Shown: one piece after another, positions 42,227 through 54,890 of the stretch | Layout: each line of letters opens with the position of its first letter | Position numbering within the stretch: position 1 is the stretch's first letter | DNA from: Catajapyx aquilonaris | Taxonomy: Eukaryota | Length of the DNA stretch: 64,000 nucleotides | Assembly: GCA_000934665.2 (NCBI GenBank) | Contig: JYFJ02000329.1 | Span: 62,001-126,000, forward strand | Direction of reading: 5' to 3' | Notes under the pieces: model-generated | What the model was told of the DNA's origin: nothing | The model's input: the letters and a program-made list of their open reading frames with translations, nothing else | The model's database searches: none | Translations under genes and position numbers: made by a program

Positions 42227-44819
42227 GTGGGTATTTCCAAGTGATGTTCCTGGAATGTGTTGTAACCTTGGGGGGAAGCAGCCAACCATTTAGTAACTAC
42301 ATATCCCGTGTGCGGTGTGTAGTGCCACGTTATAAATCTGTAGAATAATTTATGAGCCAACAAGTGAATTGTAGTCTATTGAGTAATGCTTGGATAATAT
42401 GCAGTTCATGGACAACTTCTTGGCTTCACATGTTCGTACTGGAATGCACAGCGCAAGAGTAGTGGATTGTTTATCCTAGAAACCGGTTTATAGAAAATAA
42501 TCCTGCTGTCATCAGGATTTATCTAGATTGTTGGTAAGTTACGCAATCGGGACTTTTCCAGGTATATTTTAATATGGGATAATATATGCTACGACATAAT
42601 TACTGCAGATTAGAAGTAACAAGAATAATCAGTGGTTGCAACATTAGCAACACATTTTTTGCACAATTTCTTGGCTGTCTTACTTTCTCTATTCCCAAGC
42701 CCAGTATAATTGGCTTAGATTAGGCCAACACTATGAGGTTCTCATTATAACAATTTTTTTCTATAACCTTAATTGAGAAGCTACTCAGCTGCGGGGCCAC
42801 ACTCGAGGTCAACTTTGGCCTCTCAGCATGGCTCAAAGATTCCAGACGGGAAACCAGTTCAGTAATTGCATCTGAAGGTCGCTAGGAAGGAAACAAATGA
42901 CGAAAATATGCATGCGAAAAAGGACTTCCTTGTGTGAATCCGCCCCTAACAAAACACCCGTTCATGACGTCATACGACCTATTGTGCGTTGCTTAAGCGT
43001 TCACATGAACTGTTTTCATGTTGCTTTACCGATTAGAGAACGGATATGAAATGCAATTGGCGAGACTTTTTGTCACCTCACATGAAAGTATAATCGGTGA
43101 GTAATCGTTCGGGTGACATCATTCGCGGTCGCAATAAAAGATACGACCTGTTCCTATTGGTCCTTTTTTTTTGAAAAAAAAAAGAATGGGTACATTGCGT
43201 CTGCCCTTCATGAAGTGAGTGCCATGCATTTTACCAATGCATTACATTATGCATCCTGTCACACAGCAAAGTAATACAGCACAATGGCCGCATTGATTTT
43301 TTTCGTGAGAAAAATAGCTGCCATATGCAATGCAGCTGAACATTTGGCCCACTTGTTTGAGCACATCTAACCTGAATATGAAGTACAAAAACCGCTGCAT
43401 ATGTATAGACAGCCTTGCAAACTTTCACATCACTTAAGCTTAGCAATATTGTGGCATGTTGCTATTTCATGACAATATGACGTATTATGCAAGTACATTC
43501 AAGGACTGATAACTGCTGTTCTGCATATATGTGCATATTTGGAGTGTACACTCAGCTGTTGTAGCCAGCAGCCCAGTACTCCAGCAGTTTAATTTCATAC
43601 AGCTGATTCTAACTATTGGTAGTCTGTACTTCAGCTGATTAATTAGATCTTCTATTGATTATGCAAGAAGTGCATTACATGAAAGCCGCATCAAGCTATT
43701 ACTATTAGTAGTGCGCTTTGAAAATCCTGCGGAAAATCAATATTAATTTTGAGTCGTTTTCAGTCTTTCTGGATAAAAAAAGCACCCAATGCTTTCTGGT
43801 AAAAGGGTCAATATGACAGAATGGTAGAATAATAATTGTATAATGGTTCCAAGCACGGCCAGGTTCCAAGACGTCCCAGTACTCGTATGACTGAGCGACG
43901 GATAATAATTAATATGCTAGAATGGATCAGAAGCGTGGGAAAATGTTATTCCGGTAATTTTATTGCACAAAAAATTGTGTTTTTCTGAAACGGTCGCAGA
44001 TTTTTTTTTTTACACACACGCATATAAAAAAGATAAGTCCTAAGTTTTGCCCCGTATGCGTGAATAGTATTGAAATTATACACGCAAGTTATTCTGTTGT
44101 CTCCTACTAACACTTTCAGTTACGTTAGCTGTCTAAAAGATTTAATCTGACGTAAACATGTTCATTGGCATTCCTTGCGTTCACCGCTCGCGATAAAATT
44201 GCTGTGGGAAGTGGAATATCGCATTTCACATTTCAATACATTATGTGAGCATTGACCTTGCTCCCAGCAAATTACCTGAAGCGCTACAATAACTCAGCCG
44301 CATGCAAATTAAATAATTTGCATGTTTTCACACCGTGAAATAATTTTTTTAAAAAAAGGTCCGCGTTAACACCATTGTGGAGGACTACTCTGCGTGACAA
44401 TAAAACGACGCGTAACATTAGTTCAAAACACTACAGAAATGTTTGTCCTGTGACATTCCACATTATGGACACTGTTAACTCCTTGAGATACAACCAAATT
44501 ATTGTGGACACACTTTCCCGCCCTCTACCGTATCCACCCCCTGGGATGATTACGATATGCATGTTGGCTCCCCTGCCCTTTTTAAAATACGCTCGCTCCG
44601 TGTCCTGACCGGAGATGACGTCAAGGAGTAGGGTGTATCTCCTCGAGGTGAGGCGCCGCCGCCGCTTTGCCGGAGACTGTGGAAGAGACCGCAAAAGGGC
44701 CCAGGGAGTGGTGCGGTCTCCTGAAGATTGGGGAAGAAGGGCGTTGTTGAGAGAGAGTCTCCTCGGGGAAAATAAGTATTACAGTTTAATTAGATAAGAG
44801 GCCGGATTTAAAAAAAAAA

Positions 44820-47800
44820 ATGGCTGAGAGCGGCGTGTTGTCGGAGCGTTTCTCCGACTGGTTCTGGTCCCCGGCGGTGTGGCTCCCACCGAACGTCACC
44901 TGGGCGGACCTCACCTCCAACGAGCGGATACAATACGCAGACTTCTACCACCTCATGTACCCGCTGCCACTCGCACTAGTCGTCTTCCTCATCAGGATCC
45001 TCGTCGAGCGGTAATGACAAAAACATGAACGCAAGGGGACGGCCCAAAGACCGGTCCACCGTTGCATTGAATGGGTGTCCGGTAGTCGTGGGCAGTACGG
45101 AAAGAGTTTGGTCTGTCGATGCGGTTGCACCTTGCTAAGCATACCTGATCAGTCAGAAGGAGCGTTGTGATTTGTGCTATAATGTTTGATATGGCTTACT
45201 CTGCATGTTTTACTAGGGATTTGTGCAGTTCAAAGCACAGAACATGTTGGAAAAGGCAATATCGTAATGAAAAATGGCAGGGGTCGAAATATTCGGATGC
45301 ACTCCCAAGATTGTCAACTGCACTCCAAACTGAGCCTCGGAGTGCAAAGTTTTCACTCCAATTGGCTCCGCTTTTAAACATGGCTATACCCAGTAATTAA
45401 AAATTAAGCACTCCAAGTAAGCGATCTGGACACAAATTTTAAAATGCTACCCCTGAAATGATGGTAGAATTTTATGATTTTAAGGCATTTCTCATGAGTC
45501 AGCTGCAGTGTGAATCATCCTGGGTTGATGTGATAGTTATGGAGTAATCGAGATAGTGGTACTTTTATATTCGTATAACAGAAATGACGGCAAGAGTTGT
45601 ACTACTGACCTACAGAAACAAACCTGCAACTGTAGTGGGTGATATGGTTGAGTGTTCTTCCAGCTCCAAGTTGGTAGGGGGTGGGAATGTTTTACTCCTG
45701 CACGCTCCTGCATGACAGTGTGGCTTGGGTAAGGGGTCAAAACGCTGAAAATCAATGTGACATTATGGGCAAACCACTGCCAGCATGTAATAAACAGTAA
45801 TATATTGGTAGTGTTGATTCAGCTTGGATTCGTAGAAGGCTGCCATGCAATGGAATTGCAGTACGTTTTCACCCAATCTTGATAGGCACCTGTTATTGAT
45901 TTAAATGGCCTCCACCCTGGTTAGCTTAGCCTCTTGGGTAATTGGTTGTTTACTTCTGTCGTTTTATACAGTTGCTATGAATTAAAACCTAGTGGGCATG
46001 TTACCTGGGGTGATCAGACTAGAAGGGCCTGTGGACAAGGTTGTGTGTGGCAGGAAGCCATTTAGATAATTGGATTGCCTAAGCAGTGTTGCAAAATGAA
46101 TAGGACTTCCATCTTGATAGATGTGGACACTCGTAATTGTATGGGATTGTGGGGATTACAACGTCCAGATTGATCCGTCAATTTTGCATCAGAGTCCCAG
46201 GCAGGAAGGGAGTGTTACTAAAATATTAGGCTTGCGTGACTTTTAATTGGCGTGGGTGGCAAGCTTATTCTGAACAGGGTGAGTGTGTAATGTGTATCAG
46301 AGATTTGCAATGGGAGGCTGACGTTCATCTTCTACCAACTTGTAAAGATGGTAGCGGAACTACATTAAAACTAGTTTCCCAAATAAAATGCTTGAACATA
46401 ATTATGTTGATGCGTGTGTTGATGGGAATAACTCAGAAATTTGGTAATTTAAACAAGCATGAATAACTAACAGTTGAATGTTACAGGTATGTGTACACTC
46501 CATTTGGACTGAGCCTGGGCCTGCGTGCAACCCGTCCGAAGCGTGCTGCCCCCATTGATGTTCTGGAGAAGGCATACAAGGAGAGTGGAACATACAGGCT
46601 GCCCCACAAAAGGGTGCTGGGGCTGGCCAAGCAGGTGGATTGGGAGGTGAGGCAAGTGGAGCGGTGGCTACGACAGAGGCGGAGGCAGGACAAACCAACC
46701 AACCTCGTTAAGTTCTGCGAGAGCGGGTGAGGATTGGTTTAATGCCATTGTTAAGCGGTTCTCTTGGTAGTGCTAGGGTCTCTAAGAAAAGTTCAATTGC
46801 AGGTAAACTCTTACTGCCAAATCTTCCAATTTCGGAGATAAATTTTTGTCATATCACCTGCCAAGATTCTGCTTTTATTGAGATACATTGATGCATGAAA
46901 TGGTTTTGGTACATTTGCATTGTTATTAAATTTAAGTGTTACTTTTTGATAGGAAGTACTAGAAACAGTGTTAATGGTGTTTTTTAACAGGTGGCGATTC
47001 ACGTACTATGTGGCTGCATTCACTTTTGGATTCTATGTCCTGTGGGACAAGTCGTGGTTCTGGGACATCAAGAACTGCTGGTATGAATACCCACATCATG
47101 TAAGTACTTATTTACTGACTGAAATTTCCACCCTGTTGGTATCATTGGGCTGATTGCCAATGTTATTTGCTCCACATGTTTTGAGAACAATGTACAAAAT
47201 AATATCCATGATTTAGTCCTTTCATTGAGGTTAATGTCTGCATAATAATGAATGTTTTATTATCAGACACTGTTGCTCCAGGCTATTGTTCACTTGCAGT
47301 CCTCTTGATCCCTCATGTGTGACAGCCGATGACATTTGCAAGGGACTGATGAAGGATCAATGTTCTGCTTTATGATTATCAATAATCATAAAGCAGAACA
47401 TTGAGAAATTTGTTGATTTTTTTGGTGTGCATGAATGATGAAATTGGTCAATGTTGAGTTTATTAATGATTACCACACAATACTAATAATTCCAATCTCC
47501 AAATCAATTTATCACACATCTCTGGATTACATCATTGTATAGGGAAAGTTTCCAAGGGTTTTTGCTCAACTCATTTTTTTCCAGTGCAATTGGATTTAGG
47601 TAGCCTGACTTTTAAAAAGAACATATTTGACCTCAGTCCATTCATTTTGTAGGGTGTTAGAGTGTAGCTGTCAGTCTCCCCTGTGCAGGGATCAGTTGGG
47701 GAAGGTCATATTTATATTGCGTAGTAGACAATGTTGTTCACGTAACCCTGCACGAAAAATCCATTGTAGTCAAACCTGGCAACCAAGGAGACCATTCAGT

Positions 47801-50800
47801 TGCCCCATCTGGACTTGTTATTGACAGAGCCTCATACCTGGACATACTGGAGAATTACACTCTTTGTCATCAATATTTCCAACTGGAAAATAATGCCTTC
47901 CAACAACACAGCATCACTGTGGGGCATCAGCTGAATCAAGAGTTGCCTGGGAAATCGATAGGCAGGGTTGGGGCAATTGTATGGACTTCTCACAGTGTCC
48001 TAGGGTTCCCGACCTAATAATAATTGAATTATTTTCCTCTGGAGCAGGGGTGGGCAACCTATGGCCTGTGTGCCGGATCAGGCCCGCAGATGCTATTTGC
48101 GTGGCCTGCACAAAAATTTCGGAATTCCTGAAAATGTTTGAAAAATTAAAATTGCAAAATTTTATGCCTGTGCTAAGAAACACATTGTGTTTTAAATTTA
48201 TACAGGCCATTTTCATTGGTATATTTAGCTAATTTTATCGATTTTCAGAGAATTTAATGATAATTTATGCAATTAATGGAAGTTAATTTGAAACGATGGA
48301 TATACCTATTGTAAACTGTTGAATAAGTTGAAATTTTTTTGTTAGATGCGGCCCGTCAAATGTTTAAAAATCTCTATGCTACCCACAGAGAGAAAAGGTT
48401 GCCACTCCTGTTCTAGCGGCATGTGACAAAATATTGCCTGTATCGTCAAGGTCAGAAAGGACCTTTAGCAGTTTACAGACCTCAAAGGTGTACTGTGGCT
48501 ACACCTACATGCCAAACACATGGACTGAGATCAAATATTGCCTGTTTGTTTTGTCAGTGTACTTTGGGTGTCTACATTAAAATTTATTGAAGAAATATGT
48601 TGAAAAACAACTTTGTACTATTTGCTTTGCAAGGATGTAACTCAGGTATGGATGTGATGAGTGAATTTTATGATATTAATGTTTTCTAATGTAATAATAT
48701 CAAGATGCCCACCAATTTTGTGGCTTAAAAGTAATGCAGGGGGTGCTGCAGAAGCAATAAAAAATTTCAGAAATGTTTGTCATATTTACTGAAATAGCTT
48801 TAAGTAAGGAATTAAAGTTTGGGGGAATACTGTAATGAGTATGATTGATGAATATTGCATTGGTCTAGATTTTTACTTTTATTTCAAAATGTGCTGCTGC
48901 AAATTAATCATAATCCAAAATGGGTGGTTCAAAGCCCTTATGGGAAGATAGGTTATTGCTCTAGCCGTATGACTATAAAAGAAGCTTAGGAATGATGACA
49001 CTCATATGACAGTGCACAGTATTGAAGCTTATCATTGGCAACTGCTGATGCCCATTGTAATACTTGGTCAATGCTGCAAGTATTAATCTCTCGGTTATGC
49101 AATAGGATAAGGTTTAAATTCTGTACTTTGCAATCATGACGCTGCCTTGGATAAACTATACTACTATCGGAATATCCTTTTGATGTGTTTGTCAGCCAGG
49201 ATTTTAATTGTCTTGGACAGGCAGGCTGATTACATGAATGGGAGGAAGCATAATTATTAATACACCTACATTCCTAGCAATCTTGTTTGAAGTTTCAAAG
49301 AAATCAATCACTTTAAATTTTTATAATATTATTTGATTTTGCAGCATAACTAGTCTTGATGTAACTCGGTTAAATGAAGAAAAAAAAGAAATTTGAATCC
49401 CATTTAGAGTCATTCCCTAATGCAAGTGGCTAGAGGGCAGAGTTCATGTGGCAGCTAGCCCAAAATTTTATATCCTGTTCTAGAAATTAGGTCACACATA
49501 ATCCATGGCATGACAGAGAAATTATACAGACTGTCATCATTCTGTACATTTGAGATGACTGGCCGGGAATGTTTTCAAAAGCTGCCATGTTTAGGTAAAT
49601 ACAGCATATTCAAAAGTGGTACAGACAAATCCAAAGGTTACTTGTAGAAAGTCAAGAATTGCAAGGACTGCAAATGTTGTGAGATGTTCTGAAGTGACTG
49701 TTTCCAAACAAGCCTAAGGATGTCTGGGTCAATGTGACTACTCATCTGATAATCTCTCAAGGTCATTTTGATCCATCCAATTGTCAAATAAACTTATATG
49801 TCATGTATTTGTAATTTAGTGCCTAATATACATTAATCTTAATCAGACCTTGAACCTTCATGCTTTTTTTGCAGTGTATTATTACGATTGGAGGGAGCTC
49901 AGTAAAAAATTGTGTGAGGATATTACTGTTGTTGTAAAGATCTGTTTGTACCTTGTACCTTGTAAAAGAGAGAGAACTCGCTACAATGAAGGCCTTATGC
50001 ATTACGCCTTATCAGTAATTTTTAATGTAGATGAAGAGAGAATAATTAGGAGCATTTTCATCCTTAGTAGGCCTTTATATTTTCATATGTCTGTCTTCTT
50101 CTAACTGCAGTACCGGTATATCATTACAGGGAATCACTAATGATGATACGTTTCTTCTATCATTGCAGCACATTTCACGTGACGTGTGGTGGTACTACAT
50201 GCTGTCGATGGCATTCTACTGGTCCCTGACATTCTCCCACTTCTTCGATGTGAAGCGCAAGGACTTCTGGCAAATGTTCCTCCACCATCTGACGACCATC
50301 TCTCTGCTAGCCTTCTCGTGGACCAGCAACTTGGTCCGCATTGGGACTCTGGTACTTCTCCTTCATGATGTGGCTGACATCTTCTTGGAGGCTGCTAAAA
50401 TGGCAAACTACTCCCAGCGGGCCTGGGTCTGCGATGTCATCTTCATCATCTTTAGTGTCACCTGGATAATCACCCGACTTGGGATCTACCCAGGATGGAT
50501 CATGTACAGGTGAGCATCAAGTGCTGCACTGGTTGTGTGATACACTGGGCTATTATTAAACAAATATACGTGTTACAGCACACTGGTGGAGGCTCCTGCC
50601 ATCCAAGCTGTGTTTCCAGCCTATTACATCTTCAATACTCTTTTGAGTATGCTGCTCGTCCTGCACGTCTTCTGGACATACTTCATTCTTAAGGTGGCCT
50701 ACCGTGCCTTCCAGTCTGGACAGGTAAAGTACCTCATTTTAAAAACTTTTGCTTGCAGGTCAGTTTTACACTTTATTTAACATAGGGCACAAGAGTAAGC

Positions 50801-51285
50801 TAGAAAATATTTGCAGAAAATTAATGACTGAATGCACTTGTCTGAGAATTTCTGCCATTTTCACGAGTTCAGTTTTTATGCGGAGAATAATGGCTATTGC
50901 AAGGATTGTAAAGCAAGTGCCTCATGGAAAGTGAAGGCCTATTTTCTGTATGAGGTTGATGCCCTATGTACACTTTTGGATAAGTGTTTGTAAACATATG
51001 AAAGGGTCAGTTGAGGTGACTGCATTTGGATAAAGATACTAGTTAGACTTGCATCAAAATTAACTCAGGCCAAAAATACACCAGAAAAACGCTGTCTTGT
51101 GTTTACATGACGATTAATGACCTCTGGTATGATTTTGTTTACTGTTTTGACTGTTTCTGATTAATCTCTCTCCTCTTAACCTCCAATAGTCTGCACATGA
51201 CACTCGCAGCTCCTCCAGTGAGAGCAATGATGGGACGGACAACGGGATAGCCAACCATGTGATGGACAAGCAGAACAGCCATTGA
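44820..51285 (+). CDS. schlank: Ceramide synthase D, Schlank/CerS5-6-like, 6 exons, 373 aa
   Basis: Exons 44820-45010, 46487-46726, 46991-47099, 50169-50509, 50579-50723, 51190-51285 join in frame (1122 nt). Canonical WFWSPAVWLPPNVTW N-terminus, homeodomain, RKDFWQMFLHH...LHDVADIFLEAAKMANY, and tail DTRSSSSES. Orthology to schlank is inferred from its higher conservation. Confidence 0.93.
47357..47404. repeat. Perfect 23-bp inverted repeat with a 2-nt spacer
   Basis: TCAATGTTCTGCTTTATGATTAT-CA-ATAATCATAAAGCAGAACATTGA, in the long intron (47100-50168) of CerS D. Confidence 0.9.
48045..48410. mobile_element. hAT/Charlie-like non-autonomous element
   Basis: Ends CAGGGGTGGGCAACCT ... AGGTTGCCACTCCTG with subterminal GGCCCG motifs. 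The flanks CTCTGGAG / TTCTAGCG resemble the nTCTAGAn target site. Confidence 0.75.
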
Positions 51286-54200
51286 TCAGGCCTATTGCCT
51301 TAGCAACAGTTGGGGAGGGGGTCAGGGAAGGGAGGGGGGGGAGAACAGACAAACGATGCAAGCAGGGCTTGCTTTCATTATTAATTAGCATATATGTAGA
51401 GTGCACGTGTGTTGAATGCATGGGACATGAGATGGGGTTCACACTTAAAGGACACCTTGCATATTACTTTGCCAGACCAGTTGTGGTTTAAGCTGAATGT
51501 GTCCCACGAGTGAGACAGTTACATGCAACAGTTTGTTACAGGGGGCACACCCATTGCCCCGAGATAATGTTGACTGTTGTTATGGTGCACAACATTGATA
51601 TTTGAAATGGCAGCATACAAGAAAAATTGTGAAAATGACTGGAACTGTATTTTTTTAGTGTTTTGGACGTTACTGCATATTTGCTAAGGCACATTTAGCT
51701 TAATGTGACTCATGGTCTTAGTTAGCTCCTCTGATATACCAAACCATTTAGGTTAATGTACTGACCAATAGTAATGGGATAAGTTGATGCAAGGTGTCCT
51801 TGCAGTTTCTGGAGTTTTGCCTCAGGGAACTGTTTTTAATTTGTTTGGCTTTTGGATGCTTTTTTTTTTTTTTGTGAGTGAGGGGGGAATATCACAGGTC
51901 CTAGTCACAAATGTGAATTCATAATATTTTGTTCCCTCCTGTCATAGTGTGCTGAGAAATGGACCAATGTTTGCCTTGTTCTTATGCATTTGCACTTTTT
52001 TTTTCTTAGTCTAGATCTGATATGCCGATTTTTCTTCTTTCACGTCCTGACCCAGGGGAGCAATTTAGAGATTTATATCCTCGTATTTATTTTTGTTCCA
52101 CACACTTTCTTCTTCCGCTGATATTGTTGAAGCTGCATGAATGCATGTGTGGATGACATGGAAGTTATTATACAAATAAAAGAAATTGATGTAATTTTTT
52201 TACGTGGGCAAGCTTAGGTCTTTGTATTCCACACGTTGGGTTCCACTTTTATTTTTATGAGTTTTTGTTGCCAGGGTTGTGCCTCCTTCAAGAATGGAAT
52301 AGCTTTAAATATTGTTTCTAAAATGAGGATCTGCCATTTTTCATTGTGAAACCTGGCCATAACAGTTGCATTTTATTGGGTCTAAATCACGTTGATGATG
52401 CTTTGGCATTATTTTCGCAAGTACTTGTACAAGTGTGATAGCCATGTTAGTTTAATCTTTTTAATGGTATTTATTTCGCCTGTATTTTTTGATAGGTCTA
52501 TAGGCCCACCAGGTCATTCTGGTCATTTTTTTGTCAAATAATGTAGTTGACCACCAGAATTTATACTCATATTTTCAGTTTTAAAAATAGTAGGCTATTA
52601 ATTCCATAGATCCTGCACTAAAGTCCTGATTAAATAATGCCCCATTCCAAAAGTATGTAATGTTTGGTCGTCATTCTTTTTAAAAAGACGTTTCGCAAAA
52701 TTCAATGAGCCACATGATGGTGCATATCTTGAGCTACCACCAAAGACAAACCCATGCTGATGGAATCATTTAAACTATTGCACCATAATTTTTAAGTCTA
52801 TGTCAAGTTTGTATTGCACTTACTGCCAAGCCAAATCCCTCCCAACTGTTGGACACCCCCTACATTCTTGGTTGCCAAACATTTTTTGTAGATGATTAAG
52901 TGAGTTAAGGTTACTTCGTTCATGATTTGGATTGATTGATTGGGAAGGAGCCAAAGCAACTAAGGCTCTTGGGCTATTATGGTTTGGACTGCATGGATTA
53001 TGCTCGAGAGATGTTCCACTACAACAGTATCTGATTTCAAATGGCACTTCATTTGCAAGAGTTATTCAAAGTCTTGAACAGTTCAAGAGGGGCATCTTTT
53101 AGCACTCAGACGATGGTCAGACTTTGAACTTGTTTCATGGACCTCAGGAAATTTTAGGCCGATGAGGCTTTATAGAGTGACCAAAGATGTGAAGGAATAG
53201 ATTTTGAGGCAAATGTGCTCAACATAAGCTCATAAGAGTATGGGCCCACCATTAAAAAAAAGTTTAGACTGACAGAGCTTGTGTGTGGTGGTGAGAGCTC
53301 AAGACATGCGCATGCACTATCATGCAGTGTGTCTTTTGGGGCAAATTACTTGAGAAATTTTTATGGCCAAAGGGTACTTACATTTGGAATGAGGTACAAA
53401 AGGAAGTGGATGTGTATTTTCTTTTGTTCGAGAGGTATGTTGGCAAGGAAGTGTCGGTTTATTTTTTCGCATTCACATTCTTTATACGGAGGAACGTTTG
53501 TAGATATGTGTATAGTTTTGATTTTTTCTGACTTCCATGCTATATTGTGGCTAAAGCAAACTGGCATTGGAATTGAGGAAAAGTGAGACTTGAGCTTTGA
53601 AAGCTAGAGATAAAAATGTACATGCATTTCTTGGGCTTGAATGTGTGTGTATGTGGAAATCTGGGAAGTGCGAGTTCCTTGTATTCATTCACATCTCGAC
53701 TTTTAATCTCTCACGCAAGTGACTATACATATTCAAGAGAGCACAATTTTGTAGGCATGTACCATCAGTCTTGTTTGTAAGCAGTTGAAAATTATTATTT
53801 TAAATGAGTATAGGGGAGCATCATTATACACAAGGACAGAGAAATCTTCATAACAAAGGTTGTGTGCATTGATATACCTGCTACTTACTCCTTGCTAGTG
53901 CATTCAAATTCAGCGTGAAGCTTACACACGAAGCTGATGATCTGCGAGATCTCCAATCTTAACTGGCTTTTTTTTTTTGGTCACCTACACCTTGTAATGG
54001 AGGGGGGGAAGTGATTGTAATGTATATATAATTTCTTACATGAATAATAAATCACCACACTATTTACACTTCTCAGGTACTCTGAAGTGTAGTGAATAGA
54101 TGTGTTATTTCTCTATACTCTGCATGCCTTCCCAATGAGGTTGAGATAATGTTAACTATTTTGATGTGAATTAACTGTTTTGCTTAAGCAGTGTTCACTT

Positions 54201-54876
54201 GCATTACACATTTTGGCTATGTAACTAATTTTTATCATCGTACATTACACAGATTATGTGGCTGTGTTGTGCGATAGCAAATCCAGAACAAATGATTAAT
54301 CCTCCGTGGACAGCATGGATCAATTTGTTCTGAATTGACCATCAATGACACAACCGGCCCTAAGATTCTAAATACAATCAATATAAGGGTGCCAATCCTC
54401 AACTAGTCAATAAATGCATTTATTACGTTACACGTCTGTCACATGTTTGTGAAATTCATGTTAATTTTATCCCCCAAAGTCTCGAGCAAAAGGTAGGCAT
54501 GTCATAATGGCAACACAAGTATTAAAATAATGAAAATCTAATATTACAATAGTTTCTTGTTTGCACCTATACTATGCACCAGATGATTTCTGGAAACATT
54601 TGCTGATCTTTTGCTCGTGATATGTCTGCCCCACTTTTAGTTGGCGGTTGGGAGTTGATTGCCATGCTGATGGAAAATGTTGCAGATGTCAAGCGTCAAA
54701 TACAATAAAGGACATGCCATAATACGAGTAATTACCTGATGATATTAAAATAATCTTGAAGGCACCGCGGGTGTCTTCAGCTCAAGGATTGTGCAATCAT
54801 CCTGCACCTGCCGCAAGAGGGCTGAATGGTCGGCCATGTTGGTAAGGGCATGATCTAGTCAAGAGAGACCGACTGG

Positions 54877-54890
54877 AAAAGATGGCGGCG
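54877..54890 (+). promoter_or_regulatory. YY1/TISU-like motif overlapping the MRPL47 start codon
   Basis: AAAAGATGGCGGCG resembles AAGATGGCGGC, which is common at the starts of housekeeping genes. Motif match only. Confidence 0.4.
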
